This document shows, one piece after another, positions 40,520 through 55,180 of a stretch of DNA of 64,000 nt. The notes below the pieces were generated by a model that was given only the letters and a program-made list of their open reading frames with translations, did no database searches and was not told the DNA's origin. The stretch covers positions 23,200,464 to 23,264,463 of the forward strand of contig NC_043011.1 in assembly GCF_006345805.1 (NCBI RefSeq), read 5' to 3'. Origin of the DNA: Octopus sinensis (lineage: Eukaryota). How positions within the stretch are numbered: position 1 is the first letter of the stretch; every line of letters starts with the position of its first letter. The position numbers and the translations under genes were made by a program.

Positions 40520-41180
40520 TGTACAGCTAATTGAATAGATCCGAAATGGATGAAAGGGAAAGTCGACCTCGGCGGAATTTGAACTCAGAACGTAAAGATA
40601 GACGAAATACCGCTTCTAAAATACAAAATTTTGTCAAAAACGTTAAGAATAAACCCTGTTCTATGTGACATATTCTACCAGTATCGGAAGTTTCAAAGAG
40701 TTTAGTTGAAAAACAATTAATTATATAATCTGTATATCAAAGTCGACCCCGGGGAAATTTGAGCTTAAAACTTAAAGAAAGACGAAATACCTATTTCTTT
40801 ACTACCCACAAGGGGCTAAACAAGGAAAGACAGACGGATCAAGTAGATTATATCGACCCCAGTGCGTCACTGGTACTTATTTAATCGACCCCGAAAGCAT
40901 GAAAGGCAAAGTCGACCTCGGCGGAATTTGAACTCAGAACGTAGCGGTAGACGAAATACCTATTTCTTTACTTCCCACAAGGGGCTAAACACAGAGGGGA
41001 CAAACAAAGACAGACAAACGAATTAAGTCGATTACATCGACCCCAGTGCGTAACTGGTAGTTATTTAATCGACCCCGAAAGAATGAAAGGCAAAGTCGAC
41101 CTCGGCGGAATTTGAACTCAGAACGTAACGGCAGTCGAAATACCGCAAAGCATTTCGCCCGGCGTGCTAACGTTTCTGCT
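40520..41180 (-). mobile_element. Multimeric SINE family C
   Basis: GTCGACC core at 40562, 40742, 40911 and 41095. Confidence 0.8.
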
Positions 41181-41747
41181 AGGGTTTATTCTTATTGCTA
41201 GGGCGTTACACCCCAATGCCTTACTGACATGAAATTTTGTAACATTTCACCTCATAACTCTTTTACTACTAATTTTTGTTCAATGTGACTAACGATTCTG
41301 AATTCCGCATGCATTTCTCTAACATTTAAGCTCAAGAAAAGTATACTTTTATTTTAAAATTAAAAAAAAATTACGTTAATTGAAGGTGAATAGGTGCCTT
41401 ACTGCCCGCTTTTAGAACTGACATATTTTGATGTAACTTTTTTTTCTACTGAACCAAATCTCAAACTATTTATGCCAAAGTGTAGATGAGGAAGTGTCCT
41501 CTTTAAAACTATTAACAGTTTGCAATTTAGTTGAGAACTGAATTAGTGGTGAAGCTTGGAAGCTGCTGCAATTGACGAAATGGTGGACTTAAGAATATAT
41601 TCAACCACTACCGTGGTTGAATGATTCACTGTTGCATGACTCGAGTTTCACGAAACTTCTATCATTAGGTTAAAACTGTCTTCTCTTAGTATCTCGAATT
41701 GTTTATATACATTAATGCAGATATTTTTTATTATCTATGGTTATCAT

Positions 41748-42150
41748 AGGCGCAGGAGTGGCTGTGTGGTAAGTAGCTTGCTTACCAACCACATGGTTCC
41801 GGGTTCAGTCCCACTACGTGACACCTTGGGCAAGTGTCTTCTACTATAGCCTCGGGGCGACCAAAGCCTTGTGAGTGGATTTGGTAAACGGAAACTAAAA
41901 GAAGCTTGTCGTATATTGTATATGTGTGTGTGTGTGTTTGTGTGTCTGTGTTTGTCCCCCCAACATCGCTTGACAACCGATGCTGGTGTGTTTATGTCTC
42001 CATTACTTAGCGGTTCGGCAAAAGAGACCGATATAATAAGTACTAGGCTTACAAATAATAAGTCCTGGGGTCGATTTGGTCGACTAGAGGTGGTGCTCCA
42101 GCATGGCCGCAGTCAAATGACTGAAACAAGCAAAAGGGTAAAAGAGAGCA
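41748..42150 (+). mobile_element. SINE family A
   Basis: Full unit. Confidence 0.85.
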
Positions 42151-44063
42151 AAAGAGTGTTTCATTTGTTGTCGTTTCATTTGCAAATTCGTTTCGTTGTT
42201 CTATTTTTCGTTAGTCATTTTCTATGTTATTTGTCTGTATATTGTTTTTCAGACCCCGTTTATGAGAAAATGCTTTTCAGAAGTTATTTCACCAGTATAT
42301 TGTTTCCGACTGGTTAATCCAGGAGTCATTCTCCTATTGCTTGTCAATTGTATAATCACTTATGCTAATTGCTAAGGTGTGTTCTGCGTTTTTGTTTCTT
42401 TTGCTGGAGTTGTTTATTTGTTTTTGCTGAAGTTGTTAGTTTATTTTTCACTTATCGTTTCAGCAACTTTACGGTATATGTCGGTTGATTATTATATGCA
42501 AAAAATATTTATTTATAATTATTTATATAAATATGAAGTCATCAAAGTTGTTTTTGATATGCTGGGAAGCTGGAGCTGATAGCTGAATGTATTCTATATC
42601 TATTGTCTTTAAATTATCATTCTTTTATAATGGTTAATTTATTTTGTTGCTCCATAGTTGTTGGCATTGTTGTGCATGTTTTCAACGATGTTGTGTTATC
42701 AGATGCTTACTCCATTTGTAATTCGGGCTGAGTTTTAAAAATGATTTTTTTCTGGTGTCTGTGATATGACATCATCATATTTCTTCCATTAAACAAACAT
42801 ATTTGAACGACGCAATTTTGGTTTCTTGTGCAGTTATAGCCAGCAACAAGAACTGGGGAACCTCTTAAGATATCAACCGACTAAGCAATTCTCGACCAAG
42901 TCGTAGCATTATAGAACGAAGCCCTAAAAGCGAACTTTTTCATAGAAAAATTAAGATACGAACCCAGATCTACGCAAACAAGCTATAAATCCAACAAACT
43001 CTTTGACGGGATCCGTGCAAAAGTTAGCCACAACTACAGACGAAGCCCAAAACATGTCCTCCTAACCATAGACAACCACAAAAAGTTTATTTTGATGCAG
43101 TGAAGAATATTTTAAAGTTTTCATGTTCAGTCAATGCCACAGAACAAGAGGTAAACTTCAGTTCAGTTTTCCGTTAAGTCTTTTCACTTCACCAACGGCT
43201 CTAATATAACTGGAGAAAAGCATGCACATCGTATCTCAATAATCTCTTTCGATAAAATATAGGCTTAACCTTTCGTGTCTAGCAAAAGAATAAATCGATG
43301 TAGCAGGATGAATGGATATCATGGAGAGTTAACATCGAATCTAGGGTGCTTTCGAAGTTATGACTAGGAAGATTAAAGCTGATGGGATTGAGAGAGAATA
43401 TATCAAGTATCAGCAGACCAAGGAGAGCATACGTCGTACAGCTTGTGGAAGACATTGGATATCAAATGTATATTAGTGAAAGAGGCAATTTTAATAACGA
43501 GAGGTGATATTTATTCCCACTTAAACGTAGATGTTGTTAGGACAAACTATACTGCAGTTGCTGTCACGAGAAAAACTCTCATATTGGCTTGGCTTTCATA
43601 TTGGCTTTTGGTGCAAAATGCACTCTTGTTTACATCTACCGCAGTATAGATTGTTCTAAATGGAGATAAATATTAGCTATTGGATATCAAGTTGAGGATA
43701 TATGGCGTGGAAGACAGTTGCACTGGACTGGACAAGCTGCTCGAACGGATAGATAGATGGATCGATAGATAGATAGATATATTTGGATGTCATAATGTCA
43801 CACATACATCACGTATATATTTGTATATATTTGAGCGTAGGTTTTCCTCTTTTTGGTTGTCATTCGTATCAAATTTTACACTCCCCCATACATACATACA
43901 TACATACATACATACATACATACATACATACATACATACATACGCTAAAATGTTTTGCCCAAGTCCATTTTGCTTCATCTCTTTCTTCCTGTTTTTGATT
44001 GTCTGTCTGTTTCTGTTTCAGTTTGTCTGTTTCTGCCAGTCTGTCTGTCTGTCTGTCTCTGTC

Positions 44064-44100
<37 letters not shown>

Positions 44101-44610
44101 TTTTCTCTCTCTCCCCTCCCTGATATTCTGTCTCTTCTTTCGTAGCTACACTTGCTCCTTCCTTGAACTTACAAAGCTGTGTATACCCCCCACGTAGTCG
44201 CCACTTCATCCAACATCATTTACAAGAATGTTGCAAAACATCAGACTCCTAAACACATTGACTCCGTTCTAAATAGATCAATTAGGTCGCACAGTTTCCC
44301 TACAGGCAGCAACTGACAGAAGCTGGAGTTATGACATCATACGTCTCGGTATGACTGGAGATGATTTGGGTACTGCTGACTCACTTCCGTGATCCAATTA
44401 ACACGCACACACACACACACACACACACGCACATATACATACACACGTGCATACATATTTGTACATATACACACACATTACACTTGTATAACATGTGAAT
44501 CCATGTTACTATTTAATGTCAAGAATTCCCAGACATAGATCAATCATAGATACCCAACCAACGAATTGAGGATTTACTGCCTATAACTAACTAGCTAACT
44601 AACTAATTAG

Positions 44611-44642
<32 letters not shown>

Positions 44643-44685
44643 ATAAATAAATAAATAAATAAATGTGTGTGTGTGTATCTCTCTC

Positions 44686-45180
<495 letters not shown>

Positions 45181-46429
45181 TTTTCTACAAAACTGCAGAA
45201 TCATGATTCTTTTTTTTTTCTACTAAAAGAATGTACATTTGAAAGGATTATCCAAAATGGAAAATGACGAATCAAAAAATTCTTCACTGAAAATCTTGAA
45301 GGAGACATTGAGTAACGTAGTCCTAGATACACTATGGTTGAATAAAACATCGGGTGTTCGCAGTTGGAACGCTGCTGATCATAGATTGGAACGCTGTTGA
45401 TCGTAGATTAGAACGCTGATGATCGTAGGTTGATAAGCTTTGCCTGTGGCAAAACACCACCGCAACCACAACCACAACTAAGATCAACTGCATGCTGGTC
45501 ATACAACATAGTTTAGTAGACATTTCTGAAACTTGAGACTTTTGAGAAATGAAAACAATAGCTTCAGTGCAAGCAGCGTTAAGTCAACCGGAAAATAACC
45601 AAGTTGATTCGAATGATCAAAGCCTTTAGGGCTCTTTGTAGTTTCTTGAGTCGCGACTCTAAACCAGGAGAGGTTAATATGTCTGCCGTCGGATCGACGA
45701 GGACCGTCTAACCATCTTCAAGGAATGATTGATGAATTGCGCAGTAACTTTGTTGAAAGTGAAGAAGGACTGCGCACCGTCAACCTCGCTTTCCCCTCCG
45801 TGACTAACTTCAATCCAATGGCAAGATCAAGCCAAGATGACTGGGGATGGAGTCGGATGCTGTGAATGATCAAGACATCTGACTTGTCTCACCTTATTCT
45901 CGGCCCTCCACAATGCGTTGCAGCCTTCCTTGTTGAAGCCGCCTTCCTCGTTGAAGCATGAAGCTTTCTTCCGCAGATTCCACCGGATCACATACTGTTA
46001 TGGGAGAATCCTGAACACCCACGCGTGACTGAAGGGTGACTAACCGATTACAATAAATAAGAACTTAGGGAACTGTCAAGGGAGTAGTTGATAGTGTTTG
46101 TTCGACCGTGATCGACGTGTGTTGGTTTAATAGTCGGTATTTGAACAGTGAATACTTACGTTCGAGTAGTACGGAGAGCGTTCTGTTTTAACATATATTT
46201 CTGCGATAGGTTATTTTTAGATAACCAAAGCCAACTATTAATTTGTGTGATACCGTTTTACACCAGACGTGAATACCCACGTCATAACACATACACACTT
46301 AGATAAGCCCCAATATGCCAATTAACCCGCTTATGGAGACCCGAGAATAATAGTGGCTAAGTGGTGGTTCCACACACCTCAAAACCGTGGGTATGATTGT
46401 AAACAGCATTCGATAAAGACGTCCTAGTT

Positions 46430-46785
46430 GGGGAGTTCCATGAAAACAGCCGAAATGTTTGGTGTATCAAGAAGTACTGTCTCGAAAGTAATGACAACCT
46501 TTGTGAAAGAGGGAAAAACCTCCTCGTCAAAACAAAACTACGTTTATGGTGCATTTTAGAATAACAAGTAAGGAGTCGATATCCTCCACCATCATCACTA
46601 CAAGAAGTGGAGACTGTTTTAGCTGAAGAATAAACAAAATTCATTTGGAAACAATTCAAACTTTGTACAAGTCCATACATCATAGAATTCAAGCTGTAAT
46701 TACTGCGAAAGGCTGACCTACCCCATATTAAAATATGTTGGTTTGAAATTTTAAGGTGTTTCCATTATTTTTTATTCAATCCCTG
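46430..46785 (+). mobile_element. Internally deleted Tc1-like transposon relic
   Basis: HTH segment KTAEMFGVSRSTVSKVMTT..EGKTSS is fused to the C-terminal QVRSRYPPPSSLQE...IQAVITAKG. Right TIR ...TGTTTCCATTATTTTTTATTCAATCCCTG|TA. Confidence 0.75.
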
Positions 46786-46851
<66 letters not shown>

Positions 46852-46856
46852 ATACA

Positions 46857-46888
<32 letters not shown>

Positions 46889-47172
46889 CATACATATATA
46901 TTAATAATATATATATATGCATATATATATTATTTATATGTATGTATGTATGTATGTATATATATATATATATTTCCACATTGCCGACAACCAACAGCTT
47001 CTCATTCACTGTTGACATGAGGAAACCAAGTATACTGGCTGTTTCTGCATTTTACCCGAAGTATAGGTATCTTAATGCATAAGAACACCGGTCAGTTATC
47101 CGGTGCGCCAGGGGCCCTAATGTTAAATATGTATGTAGGACGCATTGTTTTATCTTGGAACATATAATGTAT

Positions 47173-47239
<67 letters not shown>

Positions 47240-47720
47240 TAAATTGTCTAAATTACGTAAAAATGAAAATAACACTGACATCTCATTTTAACAGATGTAT
47301 TTACCAAAATTACATAAGCATATCTTGAAATACTAAAGAGTACATTTGTTCAATAAAATCTTCGTTGGCTTCAACCACGGCCCCCAGGCGACTTCAGAAT
47401 CCCCTGCTGCTCTATTGGACGTTCTCCTTGCTTATGTTGGTAAATGCTGTCATAATCCTTGCCCTCAGTTCATCTTTGGTGTTACAAGGAGTTCTGTTGA
47501 TCTCTCGCTCAACTGCGCCCCACACATAATAATTAAGGGGGTTTCAGTCTGGGGAGTTAGGTGGCCAGATGTTAGAGGTGATGTAGTCGCAGAAATTTTC
47601 TGACAGCTATGATTGCGTTCTCCTGCTTGTGTGGCGTGGTGCAGAGTGCTGTTGCCAAAAATATTGTCTTCCAGCAGCCCCCCTCTTGACCTGGGGCCGC
47701 ACTACCTCCTTCAGGCACTT
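47240..47720 (-). mobile_element. maT/DD37D-like Tc1-mariner transposase 3' relic
   Basis: GRQYFWQQHSAPRHTSRRTQS...IWPPNSPD*NPLNYYVWGAVEREINRTPCNTKDELRARI. Confidence 0.75.
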
Positions 47721-50074
47721 GATACATACATACATACATACATACATACATACATACATACATACATAAAAAAATATATATTGTATTTCGGGATGTAATT
47801 TTTTTAACCAAATAAACACATGCACTATATATTTGTTCTTCACTCATTATTACATTTAAAACAAACATTTTAACTCATGTTCATTGTCTGGAAATCTTTC
47901 GTCACACATCTGTGACCTCTTCAGCGACACTTTTCCTTTTTATGTGTGCTTTTGCTCCAATTACTCTATTCTGTTCTTCTAGGATGTGTATCCTTATGTG
48001 TGCATGCATTTGCGTCCTTTATATGGATTTATTTATTTGTTATTTTTAGCTTTTATATATCTATCTCTATTTCTCATATGTATCATATGTAGGTGCATAT
48101 ATGTATATTGTGTGTGTATTACCCTGTATGCGTCCGTATTATTTACGATTTTTTCCTCCCCTCTTTCCTTCTGTCTTTAGACATGTGGTGTAGTGGTGGG
48201 TGTTACTGTTGCATTCGTGTTTTCTACTGAGGCTCGGTCTGTCTACTGTTATGTGTGTAGCCTCTGTGATCTGTCTAAGTGTCGTGTCACTCATATGCGT
48301 CGATAATACTTTAACCTCTATGCTATTAATCGAGCCTCCTGAGCATGTTGGTTGGCAAAAAAAAAAAAAAAAAGAAAGAAAAGGAAAATGACCATACCGA
48401 AATACAACAATATCTGTTTCAACACACGATTTCACATCAGGAATCTTGCAACAGAAACTGATAAACGTATACACACACATACACACGTGCGCGCGCGCGC
48501 ACACATCCATCCATATACACACACATGCACAAAATTTATAGTTAATATGCCTTAACCGCCATAATGGCAGTGGTTCTTAAACTAAATGTCTTTCGTCACC
48601 TCGCATATTGGTTTCAGGTTTCGGTACAATGCCAGCAATTTCGGGGACGAGCGTAAGTCGACTACATAGATCCCCATTTATTTTATCGACCCCGAAAGTA
48701 GGGAAAGGTAAGATCGGAGGAATTTGAGCTCAGAACGTAAAGTTAGACGAAATGCCGCTAAGCATTTTGCCCGTCGTACTAACGATTCTACCAAATCACC
48801 ACCCTATAAAAGGAACTTTTTTCCTCTTTAATCTGACTATGAAAATACAGTCCTTCACCACCACCAAATATTAGAGAAACTTTTTTTCCCTCTGAAACTT
48901 ATTAATGAGAAAACCAGTATTATGGATTATCAGAATCGTTAGCGAGCCAGACAAAATACCCTGTGTTCCGTCTCTTTACGTTTAAAATCCAAATTCCGCC
49001 GAGTTCAACTTTGCGTTTCATAGTTCAAAAGTCCATGAAATAAAGTAACAGTTAAGTTAATTTTCTGGCCTTTTGCCTGTTAAAGAAGACAATATAGAGC
49101 TTGCATCCTCATAATCCTCGTTTCTTTGTCAAGGCATTGAGCAAGCTTAAACAATAGAAAACCATATCTTAATTATATGAAACTTAAGGCAGCAAGCTGG
49201 CAGAATCGTTAGCATGCCGGGCAAAATGCTTAGCGGCATTTCGTCCGTCTCTACATTCTGAGTTCAAGTCCCGACGAGTCGATAAAATAAGTACCAGTTG
49301 AATACTGGGATCGAAGTAGTCGATTTATCCCCTCCCTCGAAATTGCAGGAGAGTGAAATGTGAATTAAATAGGTCCATAGGCAAAAAAGAAATGAAAAGA
49401 AATGAAAATAAAAATGGTTGAGAACCGCTGATTTAGAATGATGAGAACATTTACTACTCAAATTAACGCCACTGGAAAAAAAAAAAAAAACCCCCAAAAA
49501 TTATAAATATTACCAAGTCAAGGAATCCTATGCATCCCCATTTGTCTTTTTTAGGTGGAGTGTTTGTAGTGTTAAGAAACATTCACTGGCCCGAGGTCAT
49601 AACAAAAGTAAGATATTTATTCCTCAATGCCGAATTCTGTTTCCGCTAATCAAAGACAGATATGGAGAGCAAGAAATTTTCCAGAGCCACATCAGGTTCT
49701 CTCAATAAAATCGGCGGGCCGGATTTGGTACGCGGATCATGATTTGTGCATCACTGGTGTATGTTATATAGTTAATTAATCATTGTGTGTGCGTGTGTAT
49801 GTATGTGTGTGTGTGGGTATTTGTGTGTGTATGTGGTGTGTCTGGTGTGTGTGTGTGCACGCGCGTGTATTTATCACAACTGTGTATTAATCGATTAATT
49901 CGATAAAGATGTATGATGAGAGTGAGAAAGAGGTATTGAGAAGTAAGTGGAATTTTGGAATCGCCTTCCTTCAAAGTCCCTTACCTCATAAGAAAGGAGA
50001 AGGTTGGTTTCATTCATTTGGTCTTTTTTTTTTATGTCTGTAAAACCTTTTTACCCAAAAATTTCAATTTCTTT

Positions 50075-50285
50075 GGCATTCTTTCGATATAACTCGACAA
50101 AATCAGAACATTTCACTTCGGATATTTCCGTGGGTTGTGGAATAACGAAATTATTCTTGTTTCATGTGTGTCTGTAAAATCCGCAAATTTCCAAGCAGAA
50201 AACAGAATCGAACTGTCATTTGCTTCCACGGAAATACCAAGAAGTGAAATGTTTTGATTTTGTCGAGTTATATCGAAAGAATGCC
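50075..50285. mobile_element. 211-bp MITE with about 60-bp TIRs and an 8-bp TSD
   Basis: Arms 50075-50133 and 50226-50285 are near-perfect inverted repeats starting GGCATTC. ATTTCTTT is duplicated at 50067-50074 and 50286-50293. Confidence 0.9.
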
Positions 50286-50865
50286 ATTTCTTTTCCTTTA
50301 CATTTTTACCCCACCACCTAACTTATCTAGCCTTTTCCTTTCCTGTGAAGTACGGAACTTCGAAGGGCACCTATTTCTAAACTCCGCCGTTGTTGTTATA
50401 CATCGATTTGGAACCCTTACAAAATACCCATACATATCCACGTACCCACACATACCCGAACATAAATGCAGTAAAACAAAAATAAATAAATAAATAAATA
50501 AATAACAAAGTATAATTACAAAAGGAAAAAAAAAAAAAAATTAAATCAAGTCAGAAAAAGCGAGTCAACAACGTACCTTATTACGGGTATATAAATAATG
50601 TAGAGGGAAAAAAATGTCCGTGTGTTTCCTTGGTCGAATGTGATACAACGATGAAATATATTTACTTATAAAGAAATGATAGCAACGTCTTATAACTGAT
50701 GCAGATAATTCTTAACACTTGTTACAATTGTGGCTGACAATACCAGATTAAGCTTTACATTAACTTACAGCAGCTATTTGTACTGACACGCGTTAAGTGT
50801 GAAGGTGTATGTTTACCATACGTATACATAGGACATATATTTTACATATATATATTATATATTAT

Positions 50866-50903
<38 letters not shown>

Positions 50904-51615
50904 GCGTGTTTATAGGCAGGTTGTTGTGTATGTACGTGTGTGTATGTGCGTGTGTGTGTGTGTGTATGTGTGTGTGTGTGTGTGTGTGTGAGATGTAATT
51001 TTTAAAAATCACTCCCACTACACGTGCTGACTGACGGACCTTCCCTTCGAGAATGTTTTAAAGTCAGGCGTTTTTTTTTTCTTTTTTAATTGTTTTATGG
51101 GTGTTTTTTTTTATTCGTTCCTGGAGTTGCCTCCTACTCCGTTGTTTCTCATGAAATTTATTCGCTTCTTCGTCGTCTACTTCCACCTACTTCTCCTCCT
51201 CCTCCTCCTCCTCCTCGTCGTCGTCGTAATGACAATCGTTCGCAGATGAAGACACGAGACGATTTTTTTTTGAGAAATAAAGGTGGGTGGAGAGGAAATC
51301 AAAAAGCGTCGGTCGGGGTGTGGTGAGGGGTGAAGAAGAAGAAAAAAGAAAAGAGAGTAACGGGGCGTGGAGAAGTCAGGTGGCAATGATCTTCAATACA
51401 CACACACACACACACACATACACATACACAGACGGATAGACGCACAGTGACAGACAGGCAGTTACTCTGTACACATATACACACATGACAAACACGTGTG
51501 TACACATGAAAACATTCGTTAAGCGAATGTAATATTCTTGCCTGAGTGCCTTGCACATGTTCGACTGTCGAGCCGCATGCACACACATATGTACACATAC
51601 ACTGACTCAACCTTA

Positions 51616-51649
<34 letters not shown>

Positions 51650-51697
51650 AACTTATATATTCATACGTACACACACACATACACACACACATACACA

Positions 51698-51732
<35 letters not shown>

Positions 51733-52844
51733 TTGTGCGAGTGTGGACACAGCCAAGTACCCTTGTATGTATTTATGTGTGTGTGTGTGTGTATTATATA
51801 CACAAACCCATTATTCGTGTGTGTGTGTGTGTGTGTTTGCGAATGCGCGCGTATGTAAGCATGTACGTATGCTATGCATTACACAAATAAATATATAACT
51901 CGATATATGTTAATTTATATAAACACCCACTCCCAAGTACACGCATAATTGGTATGTATGTATGTATGTATGTATGTATGTATGTATGTATGTATGTATG
52001 TATGCATATCTACCTGTCCGTCCGCCTGTCTGTCCCTATGTATGTAAGAGTGTATATGGATGGAAGTGTGTATGTGTATGTATGTATGTATGTATATATA
52101 TATATCTATGTATGAATGCGTGTCTATATAATGAAAGTATGAATGAAGTAATTAAACTTATTACGTTTTTAACACGTTCGAGACGCGATGACAATCATAT
52201 TATATATGGGAACTTATTTCGATGTTAATTACCCTGTTGTTCGAGGTTCATTTTGGAATGAGGGGTGCGTAAGAAGAAGGCGAACAACAACAACAACAAC
52301 AGTAACAACAACAATAACAAGAAAATTAAAGAAAGTAAAAAGCCAGCGCCCATGAACTTCGTGACGCCATTTCACACTGGTTACATCGTTCAACTTGAAC
52401 TTCAGCGGTTTAAAAGTGGTTGGCTTTGGGCGTAGTTAGCATTTCCATTGAGGAAAATTATTGCGTATGAAAATGGATTCCCCATAATCTGTTTAATTCG
52501 CGTAAAACTTAAAATGCAAGAGGTTGGGGATCTTTTCGGTCTCTTTTGTCGAGCTACTAGGCTACTGGGTCGTAAACACACCAACATCGGGTGTCAAGCG
52601 ATGGTAGGAGGACAACACAGACACACAAATACAGACATACACATATGTATATATGTTTATAAATACGACTGGCTTCTTTTAGTTTTCGTCTACCAAATCT
52701 ATTCACAGGGCATTGGTCGACTCGAGGCTATAGTAGAAGACACTCAAGGTGCTACGCAACGCAGTGGGACTGAACCCAGAGCCATGTGGTTGGGAAGCAA
52801 GCTTCTTACCACATAGAAAAAAAACCTTTTTTCTTTTGAGAGCT

Positions 52845-52908
<64 letters not shown>

Positions 52909-53007
52909 ATATATATACATACATATATTTATGTGTGACCGCGTGTGTGTACCGTTGGCAATTTTTTTCCCTCTGTCTTCCCTTCTCTGGATCTTTCCTT
53001 CTCCTAT

Positions 53008-53042
53008 GTTTCCGACGAAGAGCTCCGCTCGAAACGTTAAAC
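53008..53042 (+). ncRNA. Minimal type I hammerhead-like motif (variant core)
   Basis: GTTT-CCGACGA-A-GAGC(TCC)GCTC-GAA-ACGT-T-AAAC: 4-bp stem I, 4-bp stem II, palindromic ACGT helix III. The core reads CCGACGA instead of CUGANGA. Confidence 0.5.
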
Positions 53043-53140
53043 CCTCCTTCTTTCCTTCCTTTCCGGAGCGTCCAATAATACTATATTTGTTCCACGTCCT
53101 CGCGTTGTTATGTTTTTTGTGCTTTCATGTTTGGATTAAC

Positions 53141-53218
<78 letters not shown>

Positions 53219-53293
53219 TTACACACACACACTCTCTCTCTCACACACACACACACGCGCGCACGCACACACACACTCACACACATATATATA

Positions 53294-54470
53294 CAGTGGT
53301 GGGCACTGCTAACCAAAAAGTTAGCGCTAATCCTCTAACTAAAATAGTTAGGTTCGCCAACGCGAAACCGCTTAACAAGTAAAAAAAACTAGCAGAAGCT
53401 AACGCTAACTGGTAACCGCTAACTTTTATCATATGAACTTAGCCTCGCTTTGATTTATTTGGCTCTAAAACCCTTAGAAACAGATGTTGAGAGTTGAACA
53501 TTTCATGTTGTAGCTTAGACATAGAGCTTTCCAATACAGTATCACATGCCAACAGCAAATGATGAATAAGGTGTGCGCAAATAATTGAATGAACACCTGA
53601 AATTAAAAATTAGTTTTTCAGTCAACATCCACTTTATTTACTGTACAAAAGGTATTAAACGAATCAAAAGAGTATAGTATAGCATAGGTATCATGCCAAG
53701 GTCTGATGATGACCAAGGTGTATTACTCTGGCTGGGCCTTCTCCGTCACCTAGACGTGATACTGGTTGCCCTTCATAAACATCAGTCTCTCAAAGTTACC
53801 ATCTGACAGGGTGGCTCTCTTGGCCCTCAAAATATCTTTGCCTATAGAGAATAGGCACTCAGCTGCAGCACTGGATGGCATGGCTGTGTTATACTTGGTG
53901 AACAAGTCGATCAAAAGCTGCTCACCCAAAAAGGCGACTTCAGTCAGGTCCTCCTTCGAGACGGCCTCCAGCCAGGTTTTCACCAACTTCTACGCCTTGG
54001 ACCTGTGGATCTTGCTCTCATCCTCATTGATGGTGGTGGTGCTGCCCTCCTCATTGGTCTCCATTAGGGCTGTCTCTACGACGGTTTCCATGGCGTTTGT
54101 TACTCAGTTAACCTTGTTGTTATTATGCTGCTTCAGCCAGAACAGGCGAAACTTGAGATGGAAAGCAGCGGCCAGCTGACAGTCCTGGTCTTCTAGGAGG
54201 AGCCCAAACCTTTTCTTGATGCCTGCAGAGGACTGAGTACAAGAGATGTTTGAACTTCATGGCGGTAGCCGCTACAGTTGGTAGAAAGGTCCCGAGGTAG
54301 GCCTGGTCCTCCTCCTAGATTTTATCCAAGGCCTTGACAACATTAGACATCACCTGGGCGTACGACGTCAGGAAGCCGACATCAGAGTTAATGAAGGTCT
54401 GCAGATTCAGCTGTGTCATCACCGTGTGAACAGCTCCCATATTCTTCTCCAGCAGGTTGTTGAGGACAAC
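53294..54470 (-). mobile_element. hAT transposon 3' half (decayed)
   Basis: Dimerisation-domain motif YNTAMPSSAAAECLFSIGKDILRAKRATLSDGNFERLMFMKGN. Terminus CAGTGGTGGGCA at 53294. The 5' part is missing. Confidence 0.85.
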
Positions 54471-54629
54471 AACAGAGTCATCCTTTCGGGGTCGATAAAT
54501 TAAGTATCAGTTACGAACTGGGGGGGGGTCGATGTAATCAACTTAGTCCCCTTGTCTCTCCTTGTTTGTCCCTTCATGTTTAGCCCCTTGTGGGCAATAA
54601 AGAAATAAGATCTCGAACGAATCCCAAAG

Positions 54630-55180
54630 CTGGACCATAAGTTCATCACTCCACCCTCACCACCTCCATCCTCTACAAACACACACTCACACTCACACCT
54701 CAACTTCTCCTCCTCCCACCCTAAACACACCAAGCTTTCCATCCCCTATTCCCAATTCCTCCGTCTACGCAGGCTCTGGTAATGACGACCATAACTTTGA
54801 GACTCAGTCTCAACTCATGGCTCGCCACTTCATCCTACATAGATATCCCCTCACCACTGCCCACACCGCCCTTGCCAGAGCACGTTCCGTGTATCGTTCA
54901 TCCGCTCTCTCCCCCCGAACCCGCCCCGCCATCTCCCGCCCCCGCCCCGCCATCTCCCGCCCCCGCCGTCTCCCGCCTCCTGTTTCCCTTCACCTGCCAC
55001 CCCACTACCCCATCTCTCCCACGCATCATTCTCCGAGCCTTTCGGCGACTCCAGTCCGACTCCTCCACTTCGTGCATTTTCCTTAACCGACCCCTCCCCT
55101 CCTTCAAACGAGCCCACAACGTACAAGACTTCTTGGTCCACAGCTTCTTCCCTAACCCAACCTCCCAACCCGCATCTGCA
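54630..55180 (+). mobile_element. Penelope-like element fragment (second lineage; RT thumb and linker)
   Basis: SIPYSQFLRLRRL...RHFILHRYP...ALARAR and RLLFPFTCHP...IILRAFRRLQSD...PLPSFKRAHNVQDFLVHS. Confidence 0.75.

Noticed and set aside
45364-45429. Three 22-bp direct repeats (TTGGAACGCTG.TGATC.TAGA)
   Set aside because: Contiguous minisatellite with no spacers and no cas genes, so not CRISPR.
54915-54975. 21-bp GC-rich tandem encoding PAPPSPA
   Set aside because: Local slippage inside a decayed PLE fragment, not a host proline-rich protein.
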